NCBI GenBank assembly: GCA_964016885.1
Contig: OZ024740.1
Span: forward strand, 61,132,001-61,196,000
From: Eledone cirrhosa
Taxonomy: Eukaryota
Length of the DNA stretch: 64,000 nt
Direction of reading: 5' to 3'
Each line of letters begins with the position of its first letter. Positions within the stretch are counted from its first letter, which is position 1. Shown here one piece after another: positions 26,426-40,160 of the stretch. Both the position numbers and the translations under genes were made by a program. The notes under the pieces were generated by a model that saw only the letters and a program-made list of their open reading frames with translations, made no database searches and was not told the DNA's origin.

Positions 26426-28180
26426 TATGTGGGATAAACCAATCACTGCATGTACTAACATTCTAGTTCGTTAAAAAAGCAAAAATAAGGGGAAGGCATC
26501 TGACTGTGGCAAATTTTCACACTACAACCAGTTTCACTGACATGCTATATCCTGTCTCTTCTGAACTATCAAGTTAATGAAAGACTCCTGTGAAAAACCA
26601 TCTGATGCTCCTGCCTCTCTTTATGTCATCCTTATTGAGTCACTTCATAACTGTAACTCTCTGGATTGCTCATATGTTCTCTACAGTTAAACAATGGCAT
26701 TGATCTCACCAGTTTAATAAGGCCTGCAAAGACTATGGATATTGTCCTTCTACCTTAAACTAAGGAATTTTTTTAAAAATCATCATCGTAATCATCACTA
26801 TTTAACACCTATTTTTCATATTTGGATAGGGTAAATGGGTTGTCACATTCTGAGGTCAGACAGGCCAGGTGACCACATCCTGCTCATATGTTTTTGACTT
26901 CCTAGTACCAACCACATTACAGCATGGACTGAAAGATTTTTTTTGTGGCACCAGTACGACCACCTTACAAGGTAGGCTGACTGCTTTTTATTGTGGCACC
27001 AACACTACCACCTTACAGGATGGATTGGTTGCCTTTAGTCATGGCACCAACACTACCACCTTACAAGGTAGGCTGGCTGCTTTTTGTCATGGCACCCACA
27101 CAATGACACCAATATCACTTCTTTATGCTATTTGGGAGTTTGTTGTGTCCTTGGCCTAGCTGCAGTAAGGTGGGGGTTCAGTAAAGAGAGGAGAGCAGGG
27201 GCAGCTACTTATTGCTTGTTGGGGGATGAGGGGCTTATCCAGCTTTCTGTGCAGTTATGGGGCTATCCACTACCTTGTATAACCACTTCATTTACATTAT
27301 CTAATTCGTTTGGGAAAAAAATCTAAATGTCTGACCCCCCGCCTCTCCACTCCATAACAAAATCAAAATTTTGTGTGTATGTACAAAGTGAATAATAATA
27401 ACTAACATATGCCTGTCTCTTTTGAAACTGTCATTTTATACCAATTACTAACACGGTACAGTTAGATATGGTCTACTTACTGAAAAGTTAAAGGATACAA
27501 GCAAAACATTCATTTTAATAACAGGAAATACAGATTAGATGTAGTTATACAACCAGAATATGGTTACATGATGAATAGTAAAAAAGAAAAAAGAAAAACA
27601 AATTTTTATTAATTTAATTTTTACTGTAATTTACTGACTTAATAACCGATGCCAGCTTGAAAAAATTATTAAAACAACAGAACATTCAACATCCTATATT
27701 AGAGATAAGAGTTACATACATGGAGTAGTTCACATTATATTTGGCAATTTGATGGCAATATCTTAATAATAAAACCAAACCATTATGTGGCAACCACTTT
27801 GTGCATCAGGAAGTATGAGTAGAGGAGAATGCCAGTATAAAAAAGTAAACGTTTTTGCCATCAAGATATATATACATACATATGAACAGACATATTCATA
27901 TACATGCATATATTTATTTATACATACATATATAATTATATAGACAAATGTATATGGGGCGTTTGGACAATAAAAACAACAGTGATCTATCTCCCTATCT
28001 ACTTTATATAAATTATATATATATATATATATATATACCCTAACACTTCAAGCAACCATGCACTGTTGACTGCATACCCTAATAGCTTTGTACAGAAACA
28101 CACACATGATAACTCAAAATATAAACAGAAGACACTCAACCAGTTACCGTAAAGTATCCTTTTTAAGTCTGCCATCTAAT

Positions 28181-29085
28181 CAGTGGTTCTCAACAAGGGT
28201 TCACACACGCTCAGATACAAAAAAAAAGATAAATAAATAAATTGGGGATCCATGAAAAAATGTTGCTTTCAAAGAAAATATCTTAAGCTTTAGAGAAAGA
28301 AAACATATTTATAAATCAAATAAAATGACTAACCAAAGCAGTCGGTCAAAAAATTCCCTACTGAATAAATAGTATTGGGTGTACATACTATATATATGCA
28401 GGCACAACCGTACATAGGAAAGGGCTTAAAAAAGTTTGTGGAAAAAGCACATAGCTAAAAATCATAAGCAGGGATTTTGATTTCAATGCATTAATACGTT
28501 CTCGTACTAACAAGTCCAACATGTTCTAACATGAACCCTTAAATGCATGTTGCTATGTGGCGGTGCCAGTCGGAAATCAGCACCTGCTCGAGCAATATGG
28601 CCTCCATGAAAACATCAAATTCATGGTGAAGCTAGGGTGGAAGAGCAGCCAAATCATTGACGGTCTGAAGCAAGTTTATGGAGACAATGCTCCAAAGACA
28701 TCAACAAACTACAAATGGCTAAGTCATTTTAGAAGTGGAAGAGATGAGGTTGAAGACGATCCCCAGTTGAAGATGTAAAAAAAGCAGCTTTGACATAGTT
28801 TAAATCGTATGCCCTCAGTTTTACACAGATGGACTTAAAGGCTGGTATCAATGTTTGCAGAAGTATATTGACCTAGATGGAGCATATGTTGAAAAATAAA
28901 CATCATAACTTAAACCGTTTTTTCCAACTGTCCTTTTTCCACAAACTTTTTGAAGCACCCTCGTATATATATATTTAAAAATACAATAGTATGTTTTAAA
29001 CATTGAATGGCTATGGAGGTCCACCAGAGTAAAATAGGAATCAAAGGAGTCCATAGGAAAAAAAAAAAAGGGTTGAAGACTACTG
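28181..29085. mobile_element. hAT (Charlie-like) non-autonomous element hosting a mariner insertion
   Basis: Ends cagtggttctcaac / gttgaagactactg; subterminal ggggatccat/ggagtccat motifs; TSD degenerate. Confidence 0.55.
28415..28962 (+). mobile_element. Internally deleted mariner element (Hsmar2/irritans-like)
   Basis: TIRs aggaaagggcttaaaaaagtttgtggaaaaag / ctttttccacaaactttttgaagcaccctcg flanked by TA. Encodes the N-terminal HTH (IKFMVKLGWKSSQIIDGLKQVYGDNAP...YKWLSHFRSGRDEVEDDP) joined to the C-terminus (FYTDGLKGWYQCLQKYIDLDGAYVEK*). Confidence 0.9.
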
Positions 29086-30964
29086 AACTAAATTAACATT
29101 TCTTTTCAGACTAAGATTGATAATTGGTGGGAATATATAAAGAGGAAATTTTCCAAGGTTGTTTAAGCACAAGAGATAACTATCTGAATATTTAAGCTTG
29201 TTTTACACTATAGCTGTACAGTCTGCAGTGACTGCATAAATCATAATATGAGAGTCAGTGAAAGTATCTATATTGCTAAGAGGGAGAAACATAAGACAGA
29301 TGTTGAGTAGCCTTAATCAGCTCTGCTCCAGGACAAAAATACCCAATTGATTTTATAAATCTTAACCTTATGAGTGAAACTGTATAGATGTAGATGTATG
29401 AAGCATATCAATGAAGTGCATTAGCAATACAAAGGGCCACTTTTATGTTAATGGTACAAGTAACTATGGGACATTCAACCAACTACACCATAATACAATG
29501 AGTAACTTCATTGATCAAACATTTGGGCCACTCATAGCTAATGAGATCCCTCATACACGTATAAGCATAGATAAGTGCATACATATCTACCAAAACCATG
29601 ACAAGATTTATTATTTAAAAAGCAATACACAGTCAACATGTTAATGCTGGGTCTACAGTTCCAAAATTGAATTTTATATTGGAATTCAGCAGTGGCAGTG
29701 AAAATGACAGATCAGGCGAAACAAAAGGCATTTCGATGATAGGTTTTACCATAATTACTGACTGACAAATCAGTCTGCTTGAAATAGCATTTACATATTC
29801 CTCAAATGATACCCAACTATTAAAAAAGAAAAAAAGTACCTATTGTATAATGTAGTTCTAGATAGTGATGGGTTTGTCACAACTGCATCATCTTTGATGC
29901 TCCATCAGAAGTATCCTAACCTACCTATGAGAACCATACTTGAGAGTGGTTGCTGACTTCAGACCTGGTAAAATATTTAAAACTTGATAAAATTTGGGCT
30001 GTAAAGAGTGTCCTTGGTGTTACTGATGCTGAGTATATACAGTTTAAAAAAAGGGCTATTGAGATAATTTTATATGTACATGGAAAGTTCTGTTAATTTT
30101 AAGAACATTTTATGTTGTAGAGTTTGTGTAACCCAGTTATATTCCAACTGTGCTTGAAAGTAGATAACAACACCCGAAGAGTCAGTAGCGTTTAAAATAC
30201 TGTTCAACCAGTGGTCACATCAACTCAATCATGTGAAAAGGACTGCAACTACTGCCTGCAGAAATTTGTCTAACAGAGTGGATATTGGCAAAATACATTT
30301 GTTATGATTATGGAGCATGTCTCCTTAACACGAGGACAAACAGGCCCACCTCACTCAAGCCCTCTTAACTTAGTTGTCTCCTCATTCTGTCCAACACCCC
30401 TGGCCACACACTAACCACTTTTCCTAGAAATGCCATCCCTCTGAAATTCCCCCTCTGCACATGATTTTTCTGCAGTTTGTTAAACATTATACACACTGAT
30501 CTTTGAGTGCCTGTAAAGACTTGAGCACAGACCCTTCCTCCAGATCATGAAAAAACAACAACTTTTTCTTGTCCAACTCATGGAAAAGCAGGTTATTGTT
30601 TAATACCAGGTTCATCTTGATTGAGCAAAAAAATTCCAGCCATTAACATCCAGGTTTTTTATTTAGACAATGAGTATTTAATATGTCAACCATTGTAGTT
30701 TTAGTTGTCTTCCTTTCGAAGATGAGAAAGTATGATTTAAAGGAAATTTGGTTGCTATTTCTAGTAAGCTGAACAACCACATAAAATCTTTCTTGTTAGC
30801 TCAGAGGATAGACAGGCATTGATGGTGTCGATAATATTTTCAAGTACTGAAAGCGTTCAGCTATAATACTCCTTTATAATTTAATATTTCATGTGTATTC
30901 AGTTGTTAAGCAACATAGAAAATTAAATGTTTCAGATCAACTAATAGATCATGTAAACAATAAA

Positions 30965-31289
30965 CAATGTACCCCCCGGCATTCGCAGTCCCGACATTTG
31001 CGACCCAGGTTATTCGCGGAATTTTCCTTAGAACCTAACTAATAATTGTTCGTGGAGACCACTGCATATTCACGGAATCGTAAATATCTTCCACGATTTA
31101 TAAATGTTTTTTTTCATGGCAATATATATATATTTTAACACTAAATTATTAATAACAGTATACAGTATTTGCTGGCCTATTTTATTATATTTTACGTTAT
31201 ATTTTGACCTTAATAGGCAGTTTTATGGACCACGTCCAATATTCGCGGTGCTCTAGGAACGTACCCCCGCGAATACCGGAGGACAACTG
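30965..31289. mobile_element. Tigger/MER2-like MITE
   Basis: caatgtaccccccggcattcgc ... gcgaataccggaggacaactg-TA; imperfect TIR. Confidence 0.7.
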
Positions 31290-33131
31290 TACACTTTAAG
31301 TCAGTTGTGCTAATTTTGAAGGTTAGTTATTTGTTTATATATTTTTTATATCAATGTTTAGTTTTTTCAATAAAAAAGTCTTAATTTGTAAGACATTTAA
31401 GTATATTTAGTTTTACGCATTTTTCAGTTTCAGTTGGGCATTTTAAATTTTCCATTAAAGATGCGTTATCTTATTAAATGCGTTCATTACATTGACCGGC
31501 TTAGTGATTTGAATTGTTGAAATCCGTAATTCCATTGAATTGTTGTTTAGCTATGATTAAGCAGACTCATGATCAAAGTATTTCAGTAAAGACTTATCTT
31601 ATTTTTAGACACTATCTAGGAACCATTATTCAAAATTTGGCTAATATTTGTAGCAGGTCCAGTGGTCATGCAGAAACTTTCTCTTCTTTGTAGTTGGTAA
31701 ACAGTATTTGTATTGTTGTTTCTGTATGTTGAGAATAAGAGTTTTGTTTTCAATGTGGCTATAGTTAACTAGGCTTTTAACCCTTTAGCATTTAAATTGG
31801 CTGTATCCGGCCAGAATTCTCTCACCTCTTTCTGTTCAAACCGGCTATAACCAGCCACTCATACTGCTGTTAAGGTATTGTTCTCAATGTGGCTACCACC
31901 TCTTGGACATTATTTGCCATTTATATATATATATCATCTTTGCTCTTATAAATATAGAACATAAAAACTGTAAATGTCACCCAGGTCGACTTATCTTAGG
32001 AAATCAATAGAACAAGTAACAGTCAAATACTGAAGTTGGTTAATTGATGAGACCCTTCCCATAACATTTGTATGAAAACTTAATAAAATCTAATCTTTAA
32101 ACTTTTCATTTACCACGCCACAAAGCTGCCTATTCATTTCCGTGTAACACTACATGTAGAAATTGTAAATTCACACATAACTGTGTCAGCGACCTGGCTT
32201 TTGCTCCTCGTTGGAAACGCTCCACTTGCTCTATTATTTTCCGCCCTGTATAGTTCTATCGTTAATGACATTAAAAAACAAAACGCCGTTTATTGTTGTT
32301 TTATCTTTTTACATTGTTGGACTTTGACCAGAACCCTACGGCCACCCTTCTCAGCTTTAACATAAACAATCAGCACCAGCATTAACAACAATACTATGAC
32401 AAAATAGTTTGAGTAGAACTGGTCGTAAGCAGGTTACCACCGATTAATGAGAATTTGTCAAGGATCATGAAAGCAGGCGTCTATGTCTGTGTAGTATGAG
32501 AAAGAAATGTAACATCGTTTACATTGGTTAACAAAAGTACACAAGACCTCTCTCTTTCTCTCCCTTAACCCATTCCTCCCACTAACATATGTTCAGCTTT
32601 CCATACAGCTAAATTTAAACGAACCAATGAGCGAGCCTCTATATAGCCGAGTTGTTAGAAATAACAGTCGAATCTTCCTCAATCCCCACCGAACCGTCTT
32701 TAAAACCGGGACACATAGAATAATGTACTTCGGAAGGCACTACTGCTACCCCCCCCCCCCAAAAAAAAACCCCGGATGGCTATGTCTTGATCTAGGCCTA
32801 AACAATAATAAACATATACATGTGTGTGTGTGTGTGTAAATAAACATACACGGAGCTTATTCATAATTATAAACATATTCGTCTCTCTCTCTGTCGTTTC
32901 TTTCTTTTGACTTTATATTAACTGTAGTAGGCTACGGCCTCCCAAGCAATCTTTATTAATCCTGTTAGTGAAACTTTCGAAGGGAATTAATATAGCGTCA
33001 CGGAGCCGAAAATTTAACTAGCTTCGCTCGGTGTTTTTTTTTCTTTTACACAAAGAGCGTTTGCCTTTAATGATTGAATAGAAACGAACAATTTATTTCA
33101 TGTGCACGTAAAATAAAAATTATATATATTT

Positions 33132-33177
<46 letters not shown>

Positions 33178-33659
33178 TTATATATATAGAGAGAGAGGGG
33201 GGCGAGAGAAAGGGGGTACTCCCATGATTTGTGGTCTCGGTCTCAGTAGCGCAAACTCTCTCTCACATATATATATAGGCTGGTAGACTTTATCCGTCGC
33301 CCAGTTGACCACAAATCAGCAGAACCTTCAGTGATTTTCGCAAACTACAGGCATTCGGACCAGATCTCTGGTCTGATGATAGCTGTCATCCACAATTCTC
33401 GACGGCCCTGAAAAGGATCGTAAACACCCAGTGAACCATAAAACAAATGTGAGTGCGCGCGCGTGTGTAATATCCTACACAATATTGTGTTTGTTTACAG
33501 GTGTCCGTGTAGACAAATTAGAAATAACTATTTAGATTTATTTTTTAATATCTTTTAAGTTTCAAGATTTAAAAAAAAAAAAAAAAAAAAAGCCGGTCAT
33601 TGTCCAAATACTGCTAAAATATGTGAGTTGTTAGAGTAGCTAACTTTGTGAGTTTAATT

Positions 33660-34687
33660 TGAATAACATTTATGCCCCCTGACAACTTGAACCTGGAACA
33701 TCACAACCCTTACAGGCTAGATGTTACTGGTGTTTCCTCAACAAAGTTCCGTGGCTCTGGTACTGTAGATTTGGATGGAAACTCCACTATTCAGGTGTGG
33801 CACCAAAAATGACTGCACAGGTGGGAGTGGAGATACTCACTAGCCTCTGGCTGTAAAAATGTGTTATGGACTGATTGCCATTAGGGGGAGGATTTTCCTC
33901 TTGAAGCTTAGGCTGTGTGTGGTGTAAATTTATTTGCCAAACAAGGTGTCTGAATACAGATCCTTCCTTGATGAAATTACTGCAACATAAGATGTAATTG
34001 TGAGTGAGTCATATATCCTGATGTAATGCACATGTTGGCACTGATCACAAAACATGGAAAGGAGTGAATAGAAGGAATGGTGACCCCGATTTGAATACAA
34101 AGGGAGAGGCCTTATTAGACTTCTGTTCTAGCAATGGACTCTCTATTATGGAAACCTTTTTCCAGTACATAGACATCCATAAATATACATGGTATAAGGG
34201 GAATGAAGGACAGAGATCAATCATTGATTTTGTTATTGTCTCGGATCTCTTTGATTCTGTGCTGGATGTTCATGTTAACAAAGGAGCCGAGCTATGAACA
34301 GATTACCATCTAGTTATCTGCAACTTGAGACTACCTAAAGCTAAAGAAGCCCACAAAACTGGCATGCACAGGTTGACCTACAGGATAAAGTTGGAAGCAT
34401 TGGTGGATAAGGAAGTCAGAACCAGGTATGCAGATACTATTGAATCCAAATTCAGAGAACTTCCTGAACAAACTGAGGAAGTTGAAACAGAGTGGAGATT
34501 GTTCAGCTCAACAGTTTCCACTTCAGCTGTTAAATGATGCGGGTGAAAGAAGCTTGGTGTGGCACCGGATGGCAGGATCCCTTGGTCCAATCTAGAGGTC
34601 AAAGATACCATCCAAGCAAAGAAGGAGGCTTACTAATCTTGGCTTGGAAAAAGTCCTCCTTCTTGCACTTATGGTACAAGCAGGCAC

Positions 34688-34718
<31 letters not shown>

Positions 34719-35490
34719 GCAGCAGAGACAGTAAAGGCATCAAAAGTTAAGACATTGGAGGACATTGGGTTAAGCTAGAATCCGACTTCAGACCAGCAAA
34801 TAAAGTGTTTTGGCAGACAATCTACCAACTTCGTAATACAAAGTCTTCCTCTATCAGGAAGGCGTCTGGGGTTCTCCTCTCTTCAGAGAGGTGCATCCCT
34901 GAGAGGTGGAGAGAATACTTTTCTGATCTCCTAAACTCGATCACAACAGCATCTTCTGATGTATATGAGGTGCATCTAGGAGCGGTGACTAATCTCTCGA
35001 AGGCTGAGGTCACAAGAGCAGTTAGAGCTCAAATGTGGCAAGGCCGCTGAGGAAGATGAATCCGGCCCAAGATGTTAAAAACTTTAAATAGTTGTATGCT
35101 TTGGCTGACACATGTGTGCCGGTGGCCTTGATCTCTGGAAAGGCACATAAGCAATGGCAATCAGGAGTGATAATCCCAATTTTCAAAAAGGGAGACAAGA
35201 AAGATTGTTCCAATTGTAGAGGGATATCCTTGTTAAGCCTACCAGGTAAAGTCTATGCTAAGTGTCTGACAAAGGAGATGCAGGGATATTGTCAAGTCCA
35301 AGTTAGCTGATGAACAGTGTGGTTTTTGCCTCAGACGCACACAGCTGACCAAATATTCACACTGCGGCAGGTCTTTGAGAAATCGTGTGAGTAGTGCCAA
35401 GAGGGGTATTTTTGTTTTGTAAACCTGGAAAAGGCATATGATCGCGTTCCACGGGATCTGCTGTGGAGGTTCTGCATGAATATGGGATCG
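33660..35490 (+). mobile_element. Decayed RTE-clade LINE (APE and N-terminal RT), 3' truncated
   Basis: Fragments [67 protein letters not shown] and FVNLEKAYDRVPR; many stops and frameshifts. Confidence 0.9.
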
Positions 35491-35644
35491 CTATGGTCAT
35501 ATACATACCCCCCCCCCCATATATATATATATATAGATAGATATATACATACATACACATACGTATATATACATACATACATACACATACGTATATATAC
35601 ATACATACACACATATATGTACACACACACATACACATATATAA

Positions 35645-36053
35645 CCTGTAACTTTCGAATACAAGGTGATAGTAGTGAGGGTGAAAGTTGAAGGAAAAGG
35701 TCAGGTTAGACACGTTATTTAGAAAGTGAATGTTTGTATATTTCTGGGAAATTAAATAAAAATATTCCTTATAAAAATAGACAGAGATTCTTGGAACTGG
35801 ATAAAACAAAAGTAAAACAATATCTGGGTGACTAATACTTCCACTATATACTTGATAATAAATGATAGGAAAAACAATTTTCTCGTCTGTATGCTGTTGA
35901 ATCAATGTAGAAAGTATTTTCTGAAATTATGGCTATTCTAATTAGAGGGAATAATTTGTACGCAATGCTATAAGAAGTGGAAGAAGAGATGAAACATCTT
36001 TTCCCTTCAACTTCCATCCTCACTACTAGCACCTTATATTCGAAAGTGACAGG

Positions 36054-36054
<1 letters not shown>
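35645..36054. repeat. ~410-bp element with ~55-bp imperfect terminal inverted repeats inside (TA)n
   Basis: cctgtaactttcgaatacaaggtgatagtagtgagggtgaaagttgaaggaaaag (35645-35699) versus cttttcccttcaacttccatcctcactactagcaccttatattcgaaagtgacagg (35998-36054). Confidence 0.75.
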
Positions 36055-36112
<58 letters not shown>

Positions 36113-36317
36113 CACACTTCGTATTTTTCCTAAAGACTAACTTTTATTTTCTGTATCTATCCTTTGTGATACTGTCTATTTTCTGTACTCCTAATGAAGG
36201 GCTTAAAACCCGACCGGTCAAACATTCTGTCCCCATTCCCATATAAAACGTGAAACTAATAAGACTTTTTGTATATCTGTTTTGTCGTTTCATTGGACAT
36301 ATACATACATATATATA

Positions 36318-36408
36318 CCGTATTTCCCTGCGCCGAAGACGCTTCGTCCTCAAGGACGCAAGGTAGATTTTTGGGAAAAAATAGCGTCTTCGACGCCAGG
36401 AAATACGG
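36318..36408. mobile_element. 91-bp pogo/Tigger-like MITE
   Basis: ccgtatttccctgcgccgaagacgc ... gcgtcttcgacgccaggaaatacgg in TA context. Confidence 0.8.
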
Positions 36409-36801
36409 TTATATATATATATATATATATTTATACACACACACACGCACATATATACACATATACATGAATTTAATTTAAATCCTGGTCATTCTTGATT
36501 GAAAATTTAGCAACTGGATTAAACTCTGAACTGTCTCTTAGCTATCTTGCTGTGAACTATAAAATCACAATGAACTTTGAAATGTTCTATGCCTTTATAT
36601 GGTTGTATTATCAACTATATATATATACTGGTGGCTTAATTCGGAGCTCAGCCGTCGGGATCCTGACTCTTTTCCTATATATATATATAGTAATATAATA
36701 ATATATATATATATAGTAATAATAATAAATTTGAAGACTAAAATCCAAAGAGGGCTCGATAAGGATAAATATATATCAAATATATAAGAACCGTAGAGCA
36801 A

Positions 36802-36919
36802 ATATTTATTAAAATAACAGATTAAAGTTTAAGCAAAGAATCGCTGCTTTCACCCTTAACGTTAAGGGTGAAAGCAGCGATTCTTTGCTTAAACTTTAAT
36901 CTGTTATTTTAATAAATAT
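36802..36919. repeat. Perfect 118-bp spacerless palindrome
   Basis: 59-bp arms centred on cccttaac|gttaaggg (36860/36861). Confidence 0.95.
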
Positions 36920-37202
36920 ATATTTATATATATATATAAATGTAATCTGAGTTTTTTAAATATTAATAATTGTTTCTACTTTAGGCACAAGGCCAGCAAT
37001 TTTTCCAGTGCATTACTGGTACTTTATTTTATCGACCCTGTAAGGATGAAAGGCAAAGTCAACCTCGGCGGGATTTGAACTCAGATCATATTTTAAATAT
37101 TAATAATAATATTCAATTCGTTTACAATTATGCAAACAGCCTCTTTTAAGCTATGTCAGTAGAATGAGCCCCTCATTCTTGCTCTTGTATTGGCATGTTA
37201 GT

Positions 37203-37286
<84 letters not shown>

Positions 37287-39299
37287 CTTGTAATCAAGTT
37301 TGAAGAAGGAAAGTAAAACATACGACATTCCGAAAATGAAAGCTGTATATGTATTCTCTGAATTTATGGCTATTCTAGATTAGAGGGCAGGCACATGTCT
37401 TAGTTTTAGAGATTTGGATTCACTATCGTGAGATTGCGAATTCAGTTCCCAGACCGAGCTATGCGTTATATCCTTGAGCAAAACCGTTTATTTCACATTG
37501 TTCTTTCTGCAACCAGTAGATAACATTGGCAGTATCGGTAGAGCGCCAGACACCATGCTTTGCAGCACAGAGTTACAGCCGATTACGTCTGAGTTCAAAT
37601 CCCGTCGAGTTTAACTTTGCCTTTCATCCTTGGGGGATCGATAAAATAAAGCACCAGTAACGTACTGGGATCGATTTAATCGTCTTTCCCTTCCACCAAA
37701 TTACTGGTCTTGTGCCTATACTAGAAATCAATATTAACAATGAAAGACAAATGGAATTATTCTTTTTCTTGGACTGATATGATGAGTTCCACCCAATCCC
37801 ACTTGGTGAGTGAATGAGGTCTACGATCCTGTCGATTGTTATATACATAAGTTAAAAGGACCCAATGGAGAGCTCATCCATTGAAATACAGTTCACCATA
37901 TATTGACTACCCTGATTTGTGATGTCTCTGGTTTTTGTATCGTAAAAAAACACACACACACACACAAACATATAGCTCTCTAGTAACTTTGTTCACAACT
38001 GCACCCATGCATAAGGTTCACCCAACCACCCACCACGCCTGAATGCTAACACACCAGCCATAACTCCTTAGTAGCAGTTTGCATCATCCTAATACACTAA
38101 CTCCATCCAAAATCAGCCCCTCTCCAGGATCACACCCATCCCATTCTAAATACTAGCACACCAATCATAACACCTCAGTAACTGTTCACATTTATCATAC
38201 TATACCCACTCCCCGCTCCACTACATCCCACTTGATCAGACCTCCCCTTTCTCTCACCACTATCAAATTCAACCAAATTTGTCATACACTCATGATATAC
38301 TTTCTCACTCCTCATATTCCCAATGTGAACCCCACCACACCTGACATAAACTCATGACAGTATACTTGTTATCTTCCTCTCCCCCATCTACGCCATCCTA
38401 TTCCCCACCACCACCACTATACGGTAGAGAGGACACAATCTCTTAAGTGCTGGTGCCACTAAAAATGCACCCAGTACACTCTGTAAGGTGGATAGTGATA
38501 GGGAGGATACCCAGCTGTAGAAACCATGTCAAAAAGGGATGAGAGGACTCCTCAGTTGTGTCACGGGAGAACAACAATCTCCTTAGTGTTGATGTGTCAC
38601 AATAAAATGCATTCACCAAGCCCTTGATAGCAAGGAAAATAGATGTCAAATGATGATGAATACATATACACGTGGAAGAAAGAGCATCCAAGGTGATTTA
38701 TAAGAGTTTATTTTTGCTGTTATCATCAGTTTGGCATGCAAATGCATTACTTAAAGTTTCACAGATGTGAGAAAATAGACTTTAGATCATTTACAGTTAG
38801 GATTTAGCATCTGAATGATTGGAAGTAGTTTATTTTATTATTCCTATGAAACTATGTAATGCAATTAAACAAATTATCATAATCTTAGATCCACTTTCCA
38901 TGCTGATATAGGGTGGATGGGTTGTGACAGACTGTCACCAGGCAGGTCAGAATGACCTGCCTTGTTCATGCGTTCCATATTTGACATGGTTTCTACAACC
39001 AAATGCCCTTTCCAATAGCAACCACCTTATAAGAGTGAGTTTTTTCAAGGAACCACTACAACCAATTTACATACATACATATTTTGATATATATATATAC
39101 ATACTATATAATATACATATATATATACATACAATATATACATAATATATATATAATTGACATAACTACATTTGCTAAGATACGCTAAGAGAGAGAGAAC
39201 TATCACAACTTCTTTGATTTCAAAAAAGACTTTGTATTTGGCACGAGGGTTTGTAGCAGGTGACAGCAACTTCATCCTAGTAATCTAAGCTCTGTACGA

Positions 39300-40160
39300 A
39301 AACCCAAACTGTACAGATCTCCTGAATGATAATAGACTTCTTTAAGACAGCAGCTGAAATTCAGCAAGGATGTCTCCTCTCTCCAGTGCTTTTCAACATC
39401 TTCTAGAACATCATGTAAGAGAAACTGAGACTTCCATCCTTTAATTTCTATTAGAGGGTGGCCTGCTTCAAATTTGTGATTTGCTGATGATAAAGGTCTG
39501 TTGAGAAGCAGAACTCCAGGAGCTCACTACTAGGCTGGAAAGAGTGTCAAAAGTTTAGGAAAGAGCAAGATTCTGGTTAATAGTCATAACCAGAATAAAA
39601 CAATCAACAACTTGTTTAATAGAGGAAAACTTGAAGTGGACAACTTCAAGTACCTAGGGTTTACTTTGACCACTGATGTCAGCTCACTAAAGGAGACAAA
39701 GACATAACTTGGCCTGGCCTCTTCTGCCAAATGCAAAAGCAACTCTAACAGGTTTCCAATGAAACCCAAATTGTACAAGTCTCAGGTAACTTCAATCCTT
39801 CTGTATAGGTGTGGGGGCTGGACACTAACAGCTGATATGGAATGAAGAATCCAAGCATTCAAGAACAAGTGCTTTATAAAGCTGCTATGCATCCTGTATA
39901 CAGAGCACAAAATAATTTTGACAAGCAACAATTCGACAATATGCTGGCAGACGGGAACCACCTCTTCTGATGATAAAAGGATGGAAGCTCACTTGGTATG
40001 GTCATGTATCTTCCACAACTGCCTGTCCAAAACCATTCTTCAAGGCAGTTGAGGGGGGTGAAGAAGAGGCAGATAATGAAAATCCTGGCCCGACAACATC
40101 AAGGACTGGACAGGTGATAACAGTGACCCTTGTGTGCATGACAGAGGATAGAGACCAGAT
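39300..40160 (+). mobile_element. Decayed RTE (BovB-like) LINE RT 3' part
   Basis: Degenerate QGCLLSPVLFNIF, FADD, EVDNFKYLG, ILLYRCGGWTL and KLTWYGHV motifs. Confidence 0.8.

Noticed and set aside
33368-33432. CTGATGA...gctgtc/gacggc...GAAA hammerhead-like motif
   Set aside because: The stem II base is mismatched and there is no convincing stem I or III register; may be chance or very decayed.
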